DNA of 64,000 bases from Chlorokybus atmophyticus (GCA_009103225.1 RHPI01000797.1:247064-311063), one strand, 5' to 3'. Positions 47,209 through 61,250 are shown, numbered from the stretch's first letter. The notes: generated from the letters alone by a model not told the origin. Numbers and translations are program-made.

Positions 47209-49012
47209 CTATTCCCTCCGCTTATTGTATACCCGCTGTCTAGTATCCGTCTCCATTATCGGCGCGGGTGCGAAAGCCAGCCCCACCACAACACCCGCGT
47301 GCAGCGCCAGCAGCAGCGCGGACGACGAGGGCGTGGACGGGAACACGTTCCAGCAGTACTCGACACCCAACATCACGCCGACCTTGCCCCACGAGGGGAG
47401 TGCATCAACCTTCCATAGCAGAAAAGGAAGCGTGTGGAAGTACCACGCGTAGAACTGGTAGTGCAGCGTGCGCGCAAAGACAATACCGATGAAGTTGCCC
47501 TCGAAGACGACGGCGGTGATGAAAGCGGGGCTGAGTGACTTTTGCCGTGTTGGATGAAGGAGGCTAGTGCGTATTGTCCTAAGAAGCCCGCCCTCACTCC
47601 TGTCATAACAAATTGGTAACGAGGAGCGAACTGGGACCTTGCGCATGGGATGCAACACGTTAACTTCATGCACATCAACTTGTGTTAGACATGTGACTGT
47701 GTGCAAAAGTTACAGTAAGCGGATGCTACCGCTGTGAACATACCAACATGCAACCTTACTCGTGTGCGCACAAACTGTTGCATACAGGCACCGATACACA
47801 CATGTTCAAACGCGCACAAACTTGCAGAAACACTTCAGTCAAACAGCACAGGTTGTATCTTACATGGCTTAACAGATCCCACACAACACTCCACTCACCT
47901 CGTCCATCTCACGTGCGCGAACATCGCGAGGCACCCCAGGTGTCCCGCGAGCAGCCCCGCGGCGGTCGTCTTCGACAGGAACGCCTCCTCGGGCAGGAAC
48001 TTGAGGTTGACGGACCAGCGGTGGACGAACACGCGACCGAACTCGAACGCGCGGGAGAGGTAGGAGAGGGGGTGGGAGGAGAGGAAGGGGAGGGCGACGA
48101 GGACCTGGTGTGTGTGTGTGTGTGTGTGCATGCGCATGTGTGCAGGTGCTGATGCAAGTGCTGTGTATTATGTGTATGTTCTTGAGTGCGTGTGCTTGTG
48201 CATATGCGTGCGGGCGCTTTCACACACGCATGCTATAGTGCATGCGCGCAAAGCATGTTGCATACACACCCCTACGCATGTCAATGCTATCAGTCAGTGT
48301 CAAGACCGCACCTGCACAACGCCTGCTGCACCTATGGCCACCACAGCCCCAACCACCCCGCTGCCGAGCACCAGCACGAGCAGCAGCGACGGCGCGAAGA
48401 GCAGCGCATTCATCTTGACGGACACGCCCAGGCTGAAGATCACGAGTGCCAGCACGGGTCTGATGATGCTATTGTTGGACTGTTGTTTTGAGGGAGGTGA
48501 TGATATCATCAACACCAGGATGGATAGGTACACGAAGGCCATCCCCACGCCGTCGTTGAATAGACGGAGGATGAAGATTGAGTGAAGGCGCTTGGAGAGG
48601 CACAGCAGAGCTAACGCCCAGGGAGGCACCTATTGGAAAATGTGTGTGTGCGCGTGTGCACACATCACACACCACACACATATGCGTGGTTGATCGAGTG
48701 GTGAAGAGAGCATGAGTGCATACCGCTTTGCAGCGGATGTATATCATGAATACGGTCGCCAACTCAAAGATATACAGCGCGCTGAACAGAACCTGCGAGT
48801 AAGCGGGGGAGGCAGGCGGATCACTGTAAACTGAACATGCACTTGTAAAAGGGGGAGATATTGGCGCAGACGCGTTATTCATGTTCGTGACTGCATCTGC
48901 ACGTGTGCGTGCATGCGTGTGGACGTGATCCTGCGTGTGCGCACGATCACGGTGCGGGTGTGGTTGAGTAAGCAAGTGCATGCGCTGGTGCACGCGTGCC
49001 TGTGTGTGCAAT

Positions 49013-49046
<34 letters not shown>

Positions 49047-49816
49047 ATGCATGCATGCATGCGCAAGTGTGCCCCTGCCTGTGCGGATGCATGTGTGCGC
49101 GCGTACAAGTGCGTAAGTGTACGACACTGCAACATGATAATACTCACTTGGGCAGGGAACACTTGTCCTCCGGTGACATCCCTCAGCCACGCGTAGATAT
49201 GCACGAAGCCCGCGGGGTACACGATCGGTCCCGTGCCCCCGCGGATCTTCGCGTAGTCGCGCTCGCCTTTGCTGTACTGCGCCACCTGGCCTTTCAACAA
49301 CACACAAACAAGTTCACAAGTGGACTTCATGGGAATATAGTACCCGTCCGTCATCGAGTAACACAACATCTGGTAGTCGGTTTGTACCTGTGACATGTAT
49401 GCTTCCCAATCAATCTCCGTGTCTGCGCGAGAAACCACAAGATAAACAACTTGACGTGAGCTTCGCAAAACCACAAAGCGTGATCTCTGCTGCTATAGCT
49501 GTGAGATCAAACGAAGCAACGGAAGCAGCTTAGCATCTGTGCTGTACGTGTACGCTGTGTGGGACGGACAGGCACTGACTCCAACCAACGTGCAGTCCCA
49601 GCAAGCACACAACCCCCTCCATACTGCCTCACATGGTACTCTCCACACGATCAGGCAGCACATCACCGCCTCCGCCACGCACAGCGCCGCCGCCACGGCA
49701 GCCCCTGCAGCCGCGTCCCCGGGGTCGCACAGACGCCTCCATGCGCCACGCAGCAGGGACTCCCTTCTGCCGCCGCCGCCGCCGCCGCCGCTGCCGCCGC
49801 CCAGGCGCCGGGCCAT
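47209..49816 (-). CDS. ALG3: Dol-P-Man:Man5GlcNAc2-PP-Dol alpha-1,3-mannosyltransferase
   Basis: VPYTEIDWEAYMSQV, GERDYAKIRGGTGPIVYPAGF, SKRLHSIFILRLFND, SLGVSVKMNALLFAP, AFEFGRVFVHRWSVNLKFLPE and NFIGIVFARTLHYQFYAWYFHTLPFL..EYCWNVFPST. Confidence 0.96.
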
Positions 49817-50701
49817 GGCGGGCAACTGTACGCGAAAGAGAAAGCCGAAGCTCTGAAGCTTTACTCAGTTGTGTATTGTCACGAAATTGGTTAGAGCGGT
49901 ATCCTGCGCGCTTGCTACCACACCATTACTCCCTCGCATTGCCTCACGCCACCTCGCGCACCAGCATGCAGCATGCCCACCCCCCCAATGCGTGAGTTCA
50001 GTTTCCTACGTTGTACACACAATTGCACAATGGGGTTCCAGCACAGCGCCAGTCGCTCGCTACCCTGTCAGTGACGCCACACGCTCGCATCACAACCCCG
50101 TCACAGGTGCACGCATTCGCTCCGCCCCACCCAACGCCCGTATAGCCGCCACAACCATGCAGATGTGTGTGCACATGCGCGCGTGCGCACGGGATGCTCA
50201 GTATTCCAAGCTGTGGACCTGATGTTCGGCGTCGTGTGCGGTTATGTTATGCAAGGAGCAGCGCATGCGCACTCTGTCATTCCATGGCCATGCGCCATAT
50301 GTGCGCACACACGCGTGTGCGTGCGCGCGCGCGTGCCCGTGTGTGACCTTTGCACGGGCTCAAGGAAGCACTCAACAAGCACTCGCGTACGAGAGAACAT
50401 GCGCGCAACGCACGTGTATCTGACCGTTTGCACCAGCCGCGCAGCAGCAAGCAAGCAAACCCACCCTCACAACTTCTCGCCACATGCAGCGCGCAAGCAG
50501 GCACACATACAAGCAGGCACACGCACACACTGCTCCCTAGCAAAGGAAAACAACAAACGTCCACCATCGAGAGCAATTCGAACACCTCAGCTCAAGAAAC
50601 CAAACCAACAACAGAACAATGCTGTCCAATTCCCACAGACAGCACGGTCTCCTCTTTTCCTGTCTGTCCTAAACAATACGCACTCTCCTCCCCACCCACC
50701 A

Positions 50702-53535
50702 CTACGGCGCTTTGCTCTTTGTTGGTGCGCTTCTCCTCCACGTGCTTGCGAAACGTGGCGCGAGTGCTGCTGCGCCGATGAGGAAGAGCGACGCGACGGT
50801 GCGCACGTCGTACAGCTCGCGCAACGACTGCAACTCGCCGAGAGACGTGCCGGCCTGGGGGGGGGGGGNNNNNNNNNNNNNNNNNNNNNNNNNNNNNNNN
50901 NNNNNNNNNNNNNNNNNNNNNNNNNNNNNNNNNNNNNNNNNNNNNNNNNNNNNNNNNNNNNNNNNNNNNNNNNNNNNNNNNNNNNNNNNNNNNNNNNNNN
51001 NNNNNNNNNNNNNNNNNNNNNNNNNNNNNNNNNNNNNNNNNNNNNNNNNNNNNNNNNNNNNNNNNNNNNNNNNNNNNNNNNNNNNNNNNNNNNNNNNNNN
51101 NNNNNNNNNNNNNNNNNNNNNNNNNNNNNNNNNNNNNNNNNNNNNNNNNNNNNNNNNNNNNNNNNNNNNNNNNNNNNNNNNNNNNNNNNNNNNNNNNNNN
51201 NNNNNNNNNNNNNNNNNGGGGGGGGGGGGGGGGGGGGAGTTGAACACAACCAACATGTTACACTCATCATTGAGTGAGTGGACACTGCGACCGTGGAGCA
51301 AGGGAGGCGTGGAGTGATGTAAGGAGTGGACCGTGTGCGTGTGCGAACATGGTGGACATGCATGCTGACGTATCGGGGTGCGCATGGTGTGCGCGTGTGT
51401 GCGTGTACGTGTACGCGTACATGTGCAAACATGTGGACATGCACGCCTACGTGCCTGCGTGCGTGCGTGCGTGCGTCAGCAACTAAGCGGCTGGCATGGA
51501 AAGGTATGAACGCGTACAGACAGACACGCATGCACGCACGCCGGCTCATGTGCGTGTGTGCGTGCACACCCTACAACGAATGACCACAATGACAGACGGC
51601 TGAAGTGAAGATGCTGCGCTATCGACGTAGCGCAACCACTATCAGGATCCCAACAACAACCCAGTCCACTCCTCCTCACCTTGCACGCCAGGAACGCCCC
51701 CGGCACGAGTCCAACTAGCGTCCCCGTCAGGAAGTGTCTGTAAGGTACGCCCACGATGGGCGACGCGACGTTGATGAAGGTGTTGGGCAGGAGGGGGGTG
51801 ACGCGGAGGAAGAGCATGTAGGAGAACAGGGAGGAGTGGTGGCGGGAGACCTGGAGGGAGGAAGGGAGATATGTGCATGTGTGCTTCAATGTGTGCAAGT
51901 GTAAGTTGCCTGGGTACGCAGGTATATGCGCATGCGGGCACGCGCGAGCACACGTATGCGCATGGAGACACGACCACGCGTGTGCACGCACACGCACGCG
52001 CACACGCACGCGCGTGCATATGCACTATCACACACGCACGCCCGCGCACACCCACCCACCCATGCACGCACGTCTGCGTCCCATGCACCCACCCACAGGC
52101 ACACAGACAACAGCAATGCACGCACCCATTCAAGCTCACCAACGCATCAGTGTATATTTACTACCACATCATCCGGTTGTGCGAACCAGTCCACAACACA
52201 CACACACACACACACACCTCTTCGCTGAAGGTGGCGAGCCTGTTCGGCCACAGCCAGAAGGCGAGGGGCCTCCCGATGACGCGCGACATGGCGTAGCAGG
52301 CGGACGCGCCGCACGTGGCAGTCAACACCACGATCACAACGCCCTTCAACACGCCGAACAGGGCGCCTGGGAGTGAAGGGGTTGATGTGCGTGTGCGTGC
52401 GCGTTCGCGCGTGCATATGTTTAGGCGTGCAATTGTGCGCGTGTGCAGTTGGATCACACGCGCACGCACTGTGGGCACGTGCGTGCGTACGTATGCGCGT
52501 GCGTGCACACATGCGCGTGTGCAAGTCCGTGCGCGTGTTAGTTGTTGTGTACCGGCGAGGATGCTGAGGAAGATTGTGCCGGGGATTGCGAGGCATTGCA
52601 TGAGCACGTACACGGAGAAGAAGCCCGCAATCACCTGCGAGGAGCGAAACACACACTCCGATTCAAGCACATACACACACAGCACGGTAACACTACTACT
52701 AAAATGCACCCGGGAGACGCCAACCACTCAATCATCTTGTGCACATTAGCGTGTACAGGCATGTGTAGCTTGCAGTACCCCCCCTCCACACAAAACTATG
52801 GCACAGTAAAACAGCAGGCGTGTTGTGTACACACACAGTACACCCTTTGCACCATCATTGCGTTGTGTTGGGTATCAGTGAGCGAGTGCAAGGCTAGTAG
52901 CGGTACAGGTACAAGCACACGCACACAAGCAACTCGCACAACTCCTCCATCGCACAAAAGAACAACTTGCGCACCGACTCTTTACACCCACAACACCTTT
53001 TCGAGCACGACACACCACCCGCAACAATCGGCGACACACATGGACACAGCAGCAAGACTTGACACCCCAAAGACAACAACAACAACAACAACAACGACAA
53101 CGACAACAACACACCCACCTTCCCCTCGTACTCCCTGCAGTAGCCGTGCACGTACTCCCTGAGCTCCCTCAGCTCAACCAGGTCGCGCGGGACGGCGAGG
53201 CGGGAGCGGTCGAGGCCGGGGAGGGAGCGGGAGAGGAGGAAGAGGGAGGAGGAGGCGCCGAGCATCAGGAGGACTGCGGGTGGGTGGGTGAGAGAGCGTG
53301 TGCGTGTGCGCGTGCGTGCACCATGCGCATGCGCTTGCACGTGTGTGTATGCATGTGATCGCTGTTTGTACTTGTTCCAACCTAGCCTACTGCTGTTGGG
53401 CCTCCACTTTGGCAACTGTTACTGCTGTGTAAGTGAAGTCATATGCTACGGTACACACGTGCAACTGTCATCGTCACGCACAGCCTTCTCACAACCTCTC
53501 CCCCATGCAATGGGCGCCGCGACTCGCCGTGACAT
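50702..53535 (-). CDS. TMEM41B: TMEM41/TVP38 (VTT, SNARE-associated Golgi domain) membrane protein
   Basis: VPRDLVELRELREY, SVYVLMQCLAIPGTIFLSILAGALFG, TATCGASACYAMS, YMLFLRVTPLLPNTFINVASPIVGVPY.HF..GTLVGLVPG and AGTSLGELQS. The first exon (53535-53496) is inferred from phase. The last intron spans an N gap. Confidence 0.85.
50869..51217. other. Assembly gap (N run) flanked on both sides by poly-G
   Basis: Run of n inside the last intron of the TMEM41-like gene. Confidence 0.99.
53073..53111 (+). repeat. (ACA)n microsatellite in a TMEM41 intron
   Basis: Direct reading, with two ACG variants. Confidence 0.9.
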
Positions 53536-54660
53536 GTGTATGAAACATTATGCTTTGCAAAATGACTGCTGCATCAGCGAGTATCATCGGTTCGCATAGA
53601 GGCACTGAAATAACTAGATCATTGGTCATGTCATTCCTTATGCTTCTGGTTTTATGCTAGTTTAGCTGAATGTTGGTCACTCGACACATTGGCATAATCG
53701 TAGTTTTGAGACAACTTGGGACATAATCTCACGTATGCCGCTGCGGGTTTGTATTGTGTGCATATACATACCTGCAAAGATGGCTGCATGGTAGCCGCTG
53801 CGCGCAAGCGACTTGCTATTGTTGCTCCCAGACACACCTTCCGCCATGATGATATACTGGACGATGACAATGGACCAAAACTATCAAAGGAGATCCGAAC
53901 AACAACTCAGACTTGCGTCCTGTGCTCTCCTCTCCCCTATCTATGCATCTTTTCACTCTCTCTAACTGACAGCCGCTGGAGTTGGTGGCGAGATAGATTG
54001 CTCCCACCAATTGAAAGACCGAACTGAAATCGTCTAACAATCAGCAGTGGGACCACCGCTACACTCTACAGTACCAGAACACCAACCAAATGAGATGAGC
54101 CCTGCTGCTGGAAGCGAACTGAGGTGGTGAGAGAGAGAAAACAGCAACACAACGGGCGTTTTGCAAGCCGCAAGCCGCTTGCTGCTTGCTGCTTTTGTTG
54201 AGCAGCCAAGCCAAGCCCACTGACTCCCTCACTGACTGACGCTTCACCTCCGTCTATGTGTATTCAATGTACATGCGCCTCGAGAGCAGCAAAACCACCC
54301 ACCCAAACAACACCCCCCAACCGCTCTCTCTCTCGCTCTCTCATGCAAGCGCGGCACCAAGCAAATCACTGGGAAAATGGAATCACGCGCTTTGGAAGCG
54401 GAATATGCATGTGTGTGGGTTGGGTAACCCAAGTTGGGTCCCCTTCAACTTGGGTCGCGGGTACCGTTACGCGTTGAGGGACCCGCGGCGGCCCAGGACG
54501 AGGCCACGTCCGCTCTGCTGGCGGCGGCGGCGGCGGCGGCGAAGGTGGGGGTGGTGTGTTGGCGTTGCTGGGAGGGGAGAGTAGGGTGATGGTGGTGGTT
54601 TGAAGGATCATCAGACGGTAATGGTGCGGTGTGGCGTACTTTGGTATGTGGGGGAGGGGG

Positions 54661-54910
54661 GCTATTGTTGGACTGTTGTTTTGAGGGAGGTGATGATATC
54701 ATCAACACCAGGATGGATAGGTACACGAAGGCCATCCCCACGCCGTCGTTGAATAGACGGAGGATGAAGATTGAGTGAAGGCGCTTGGAGAGGCACAGCA
54801 GAGCTAACGCCCAGGGAGGCACCTATTGGAAAATGTGTGTGTGCGCGTGTGCACACATCACACACCACACACATATGCGTGGTTGATCGAGTGGTGAAGA
54901 GAGCATGAGT
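54661..54910 (-). pseudogene. 250-bp duplicate of an ALG3 intron/exon fragment (copy of 48468-48717); real gene fragment or assembly artefact
   Basis: Appears identical by eye to 48468-48717 and encodes VPPWALALLCLSKRLHSIFILRLFNDGVGM...QQSNNS. It is truncated mid-exon and ends at a single n at 54911. Confidence 0.75.
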
Positions 54911-56104
54911 NTGCGGATGTTGTCCAGGAGACTCCGCACAACTCAACAACACGTACCGCATCTCTCAAATATGTGAGTCTGTTAGCAAGAGTGCAAGGCG
55001 ATACAAGTTTGTATTCGCACACTCCGAGCAACGTGGGTATGCCTACCAGCTGTGTTCAGACCGCGATGCACGCGCTCTGCTCGTGTAGCAAATGCAAAGG
55101 AAGCTCTCGGGTACGCTAAATGCGCACGAAATGTAAATTGTCACATAAGAACGTGCTCGACAACACATGCACAATGCGTATTGCATCAGAACATGATGAC
55201 ATGTGAAGGTGGTTGTTGTTTTCAAGATGGCCTGACACTTGCGGCGCGATCGGCAAAGGTAGGATATGGTGCGTGTTGCAGCACTGGCAGAACACACACC
55301 ATGCAAGAGGCAGGGAGGGTCTGAATCCAATGCCATAACTTGAGGCCGGTTGAGATAAGCCTACCTTAAGAAGGTGTTGTACATACGCATTGCAAGTTTC
55401 CTCTATCTAACCTTGTACACATGTGTATCAGTGCAATCTTACATCTGTCGGCAGTCCCTCACCTGACTTCATGTGTTTCCGTGAACCGGCTCTGTGTACA
55501 ATGGGACACAATGCATATGTGCCTCGCTGTTGCTGTGCACACGGAGAATCCTTTGCTTTTGCAGTCTGGCAATCTGGAGATCAGGTCTGTTGTTGACGTT
55601 GACGTTGACGTTGACGCGCTGGCACCCATATGTTTTGTTGATTCTTTGCCTTGCTTGGTGGTCGGTGTGGCACATTGCATATCGCAGTCTGTAGTCTGTT
55701 TATGTGCATGCACGTGCACATGTGCGTGTGCGTGTGCGTGTGCGTGTGCGTGTGCAGTTACGCGCGCATGTAGAACTTTATGTGGTCATTGTGTATTGTC
55801 GCTGTGCAGCAACAAGCTCATCTCTACGTCACTATCTTGACCGGCAGATTATGTTCATAAAGGCGCCCCAACAGCAGACTACAGTACCCCAAGCAAAGCG
55901 AACAGACCTTGACTGCATGATGCTGTGGATGGATATGTACCCGATCCGACGCAACAGCAGCCCTTCACTGCGTACTGCATGCAAGCGCACGCAGTCATAC
56001 CACGCTGTGTGATGTATAGTAATCTTCACCATACCTGTACATATACACGCCAACATGATATAAGACCACCACTCTCCTATACAGACATCACCAATAAGTG
56101 TGTG

Positions 56105-59100
56105 TCACAAGTTCTCGAGTGACGGCTCGCTCATGGGCATCTTAATGAGCGCCGACAGCACGGGCGCCCCGCTGCCGCTGGCAGGGTTGAATAGTATCAC
56201 CCGCAGGGAGTCCGCCGCTCCATCGGGGTCGAGGCTGTGGACTTCGAGCTGCAAGGCAACGAGTGTTTGTTGGGTTGTTGTTGTTCGCCCTGACACTGTG
56301 GTTTGTTGTACACTGTGGTGTGCGTCACGAAGGGTTGGTTGATGGCTGGGTGTGTTGCAACGAGGATGAGAATGCGTACCTCGAGGTGGTATAGCCGCCC
56401 CGGCACCAGCAGAGGCACCTGCGTGCAGGTAGCTAGTCAGCACGGGACATGGATTTGTTTACTTCTTTACGTGGATAGATGCACTCGGACATTTTGCGTG
56501 TGCACAAGCAGGCGCACACGCACACAAGCATGCGTACGCATACGCATATGTGTGTGTCCGCACGTACACGCACGCGTATGCGCATGCGCGCACACATAGG
56601 CTTGAACATGCGACCGCGCACGCACAAGTGCGCACACATACACGCCATAACGACGATTCACCAATAACCCTCACCTGCAAGTGCGGCCGCGGGCATTGAT
56701 AGACAGCTGGATCATAGTGCGCCACGAGCCGCAGGTTCGGCACCGCCCTCGCCCCCGTGTTCTGGAACTGCAGCTTCAGCTTGAACAGCGGGCCCAAACC
56801 CAACACCTAACAGATGTGACAAAGTATGCTTTAGAAGCGGAACAACGTGACGTGGTTGTGGAGAGGAGGGAGTCTTATCGAAGTTGTGACCTGTGCGTTG
56901 AGCCTCACGGAGGCATTGGCCGCGTGCGAAACAGGCCCTTGCCCGTCCGTCAACACCTGCAGAGTTTGTGTATTACTCAAGTTACGCACACAGTCACACA
57001 ATTACCACACGACTGTTGCAACAGTCTCCAAAAAAGACATCACACGTATACACATGTGTGACGGGTTGGTATTACCTTGTAGTACGCCCTCGCAGTGATG
57101 AGGCGAAGCTTGCACAAGTCCCTCTGAAAGGCCCTGTGCATGTCTGCAGGACCATCGACACATCATTCGTTCGACGCAGTACAAACATGTTGACACTCTT
57201 TTGCAAGAATGCCAACACCGAAAGGGCAGAAGACAAACCCAAAGACACACCTGCGGGCTGATCGGTCTCTCTTTTGGCCTGCTCGACCGCCAGCCGTGTC
57301 TTCTTCGGCACGTCCAATGGCACGTCCTGCTCCACGGGTGGACCACTAACACAACACAAGTCACCACCACCACCACCACCACCACCACTATGGTCACAGT
57401 AACAACAACATACCTGCTGGATGATGCGCCTTCGAGCTGGGCGTTGCGCGGGAGGATCTTGAGGACAAGGTGGCCGGAGGCGGTGGTGGTCGCCAGCGTG
57501 TGGTCCTCGCGGCCGACGCGACCGAAACGCAGCGCCATCACGGGGTCCTGCGAGGGGTCAACAAACCCAAAACATGATGTTGTACGTGCACACACATTCG
57601 CGCACGCGCCCACATATGTGCACATACCATGCGCGCACGCGCGCACACACACATGCACCCACCTATTTACACGTGGGCACGCACGCACACATTCCATCCA
57701 TGGTCGCAGACACGCACACATCCGCATGTACACACGCCAGCGCGTACATGCACGCACGCTCGCTACTTGACCCATGTGTGCACTGAAGTGATGTGTTTCC
57801 TCTCTCTTACGGGGCAGTAGTGTAGTGAGAGCAGGTGCTTGTTGGTCTCGCTGTGCACGCGGACCTGACCGTTCGCCAGCGCCACCACCACGGCCTTCAC
57901 CATCCGCTGCCTCTGCACGGACGCGCGGACACCATCATTGTTGTGGTGGTGGTGGTGGTGGTGGTGGTGGTGGTGGTGGTGGTGGTTAACATGAGTTTGA
58001 TGGTACGTGCCTGCACGCTGAGGAGTTCCATGCACAGGATCGGGGCGGGGAAGTAGACCGAATACTGCTTCTTGCCCTGTTAGCACGCACCGATGCTAAC
58101 AACGAGTGATGGTTACACGCGTGCACGCACATGCGCACACGCACAAGCATCATTGCCTCTGATTGTCTACAGCACTGCTGTACGTTGTGTTGATTCAAGC
58201 AATAAAGTCCAACCCACACTTGCCTTGAGGTGGTAGGAGTGCATGGCGCTGTTGATGCAGCCAACCACAACAGCCTGTATCCAACAAGCAGCTTATACAT
58301 GACGACAAACATTCACTCCCAACACCATCACCATTGTTTGATAGCTTATGGCACACTTTGCTCAGCTGCTTCACGCCCCACACACACCTTTGCGGTGCGC
58401 ACGAGGCCGCAGATCTGCACCTCGGGCTCGATGACAAGGCTCGTCACCTCGCCGTTCTGCCAGTTGATGATGCAAAGTGAGAGTTTTCACCATCTGCAAC
58501 AAAAGTTAGAAGCAACACACACACAAACAAGACTCTTGCCTTGATGGTGTACACTTTGGCGTCACGACAGGCCACCACGATACGGTACTCCACATCAAGT
58601 ACGCTGCATGTATGTACAACACCGGTGTTGTACATACATCCGCGACACAACAACACCAACTCCCGTAGGAGGCTATGTCTTACCCTGCTGCAGACAAGAA
58701 CACGGGTACAGCCGGCAGCTTGATCTGAAAGGCAAGCAATGCAGAGTCAGCGGAGTGTCGATAGAGCCGTCAAATGTAAATAAAAGCAACGCACAACTAT
58801 TGTCGTGAGTGAATGAAAAAGCACAAAACCACTCACTTTGTGTACTGCTGTGGTGGCTGCCGGGTCGAGTATCATGACGTGGCTGCTCTCCGTGCCAAAC
58901 ACCACGCACGACACCTGAGAGAGAATGAGCAAGATGAGGGCATGCACAACATTTACCACTTAACGCGCAAGGGTGAAGCTGTGTTGATTGCAAGGGGAAA
59001 CAGCCAGTTCATCGATAGCATATAGGATGACAAAACTGTGAGGTGGTGACAGAAACTGAGTTGATGAGTATGCCAACTTGCGGAGTCGAATCACAAAGTC

Positions 59101-61010
59101 AAAACTGTCAATGTTGAGGTTGAGAAGTCATCAGCAATGCAACGAATGCGAGCGCTTACTGCGTCCGGGTCTTCGAGGCTCTTCTTTATCGAGTCCATGC
59201 ACGTCACGCATGTCTGCAACGAAGCAGAGCAGATTTGACAAGTGTCTGCTAGACGCATGCAACAGCAGATCTAGTGACGATGGCATACCGTTTGGACGAG
59301 GGGCTCGCGTCGGACGGACTCAAACAACTGCACACGCGCTCCGCTCTGCGTGGAGCAGCACGTGTGTGTACTTGTAGGTGTGCTAAAGTGCGTGTGCACG
59401 TGCGTGCAAATGCGTGCGTGCGCGCGTGCGTGTGTGCGTGCGTGTGTGCGTATGCGTATGCGTGCGCGTGTGCGTGCACAGATATGTGTACATGCGCGTG
59501 GCTGGGCGCATATGTGTGCGTGTATGTGCATGTGTGTCAAAGCGCGTATACAAGACAACATTCTAGTACAACAGCCTCTTGGCTTACGTCTTCCAAAGCA
59601 AGCAAGTCGCACGAGCGCCACGTCAAGCCAACGCCCTTCTCCCTGCCCAAAAGCACAATCAGCTACCCAACATAAGGGACCTCAACAAGCAACACACATG
59701 TTGACATAACTTGCATTTGTCACCTTTGTCATATCAGCACCTGATTTTCTGCAACGCCTCAGCTGTTTGTGCCGCATCCAACCTCCCGCTGCTGGCCTGT
59801 GACCATACTTCCTCCTGCCGAACACAACAGCAACACTGTTGTTGCATGCAGCAACATGCATTCCACATACCCAACTTTACTACCTCACCTCGTTGGCGTT
59901 GGTGTCGACGGGTGGCAGAGCGTACTTGCAGAACGGTTTCGCGCGCTTGAAGACGTAGATGACGGAAGCGCAAGCGACGGCGACGCAGGCGTTGCGCGCC
60001 TGAGAGTGTCATTGTTGGTTTGTGTGGTGTGTGGGAGGGGGGGATGGGGTTGGAGGAGGGGTGGAAACGAACCTCGGGGTAGAAGGCTGTGACGGCTGTT
60101 GGGGAGGCGAGCAACCCAACCTGAAGCTCCAAGTCCGTGCCTGTTGATTTACATTGACATTGGCTACGACAGAAACCGTGTGTCGTCTGGACAACAAGAT
60201 GCAGGCAGGAAGAGCAGCAGCAGAAGAGCGCGTATGTGCGTGTGCGCGCGCGTGTGAGTGTATGTGAGAATGCAAACGCGCATGTGTGCGTGTGCATGTA
60301 CGTGTGCGTGTATGAGTGTGTGCGTGCATACCGCGCCAGATCTTGAGCGTGTTCGATGCATGATCTGCAGCAACCAGGCGGTAGTCCGCGTCCGAGAAGA
60401 CATCCGCTGAGCACACGCACGCCTGCGTCGCTTTCACTCCAGCAACCTGCGTTGTTGCAACAACAACAACAACTTACTGATGGCTGAAGAGTGAGTGCAC
60501 TCAGAACTGATTGGGTGAGTGAGTGAGTGGGTGGGTGATTGAGTGAAGTGCGGCCATTCAGTCGTTAAGAGGGTGGTATAGTAAGCCATCGCTCAATTGC
60601 TCGGTCTACGTTGAAAGCAAAAAGATGTTTCAAAGTAAGAGAACAGTTGTAAGAAGCATCACTTTACGCAGCAGCAGCAGCAAGCAGAGCATATCATTGC
60701 AAATAATGAAACTGAGAGCAACACGCAACTGCACTGGTGCCAACGTTTGATGTTGATGGAAGCGCACTAATCAAAACAGTAATATTTTCTTGAAACAAGT
60801 GAACCCTGATCCAAGGCCATCACTACGCCATACAGGGAAGCCACTCCAGCATGCAATGCAGTACCATGCCTCTCAAGCCAAATGCCATCATACCGGGTCG
60901 TGCCACGCGTCCAACCAGACGCTCCCGGGCGCCTTACCACCCTGATCCAATGCCCCGCCAGCCGCCGCAGCCGCCGCGGCAGCTGCAGCCGCCGCCACCG
61001 CCTCATCCAT
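56105..61010 (-). CDS. BBS1: Bardet-Biedl syndrome 1 protein (BBSome core subunit)
   Basis: VWLDAWHDPVAG, ADVFSDADYRLVAAD, VAVACASVIYVFKRAKPFCKYALPP, TCVTCMDSIKKSLEDPDAVSCVVFGTES, DVEYRIVVACRDAKVYTIK, ALRFGRVGRED, EQDVPLDVPKKTRL, MHRAFQRDLCKLRL, VLGLGPLFKLKL and PLLVPG. C-terminus IKMPMSE..*. Confidence 0.94.
57943..57986 (+). repeat. (GGT)n microsatellite in a BBS1 intron
   Basis: About 14 units, direct reading. Confidence 0.93.
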
Positions 61011-61250
61011 AGGCCTGGCAAAAAGCCTGGTGCTGCACTCTGGTTAGGCTTCCTGGTTAGAGAAGCAGTGCGATCATCGGTCTGCCACTAACCAAGCAAC
61101 AACGGTTTGATGTAGATATCTATACTTTCGTCTGCTTGAAACCGCTGATATCCAAGCTGCTATACTACATAAGCTGGTTTGGAAAGTGTTACAAGTTGTA
61201 CTGACTGACAACACTGACTTGCTTTACACGTGGCAGTCGTAGGGCGCGCG

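Noticed and set aside
50165-51567. Long ORFs spanning the N gap (also 2517-2820)
   Set aside because: Artefacts of translating through Ns and microsatellite-rich introns.
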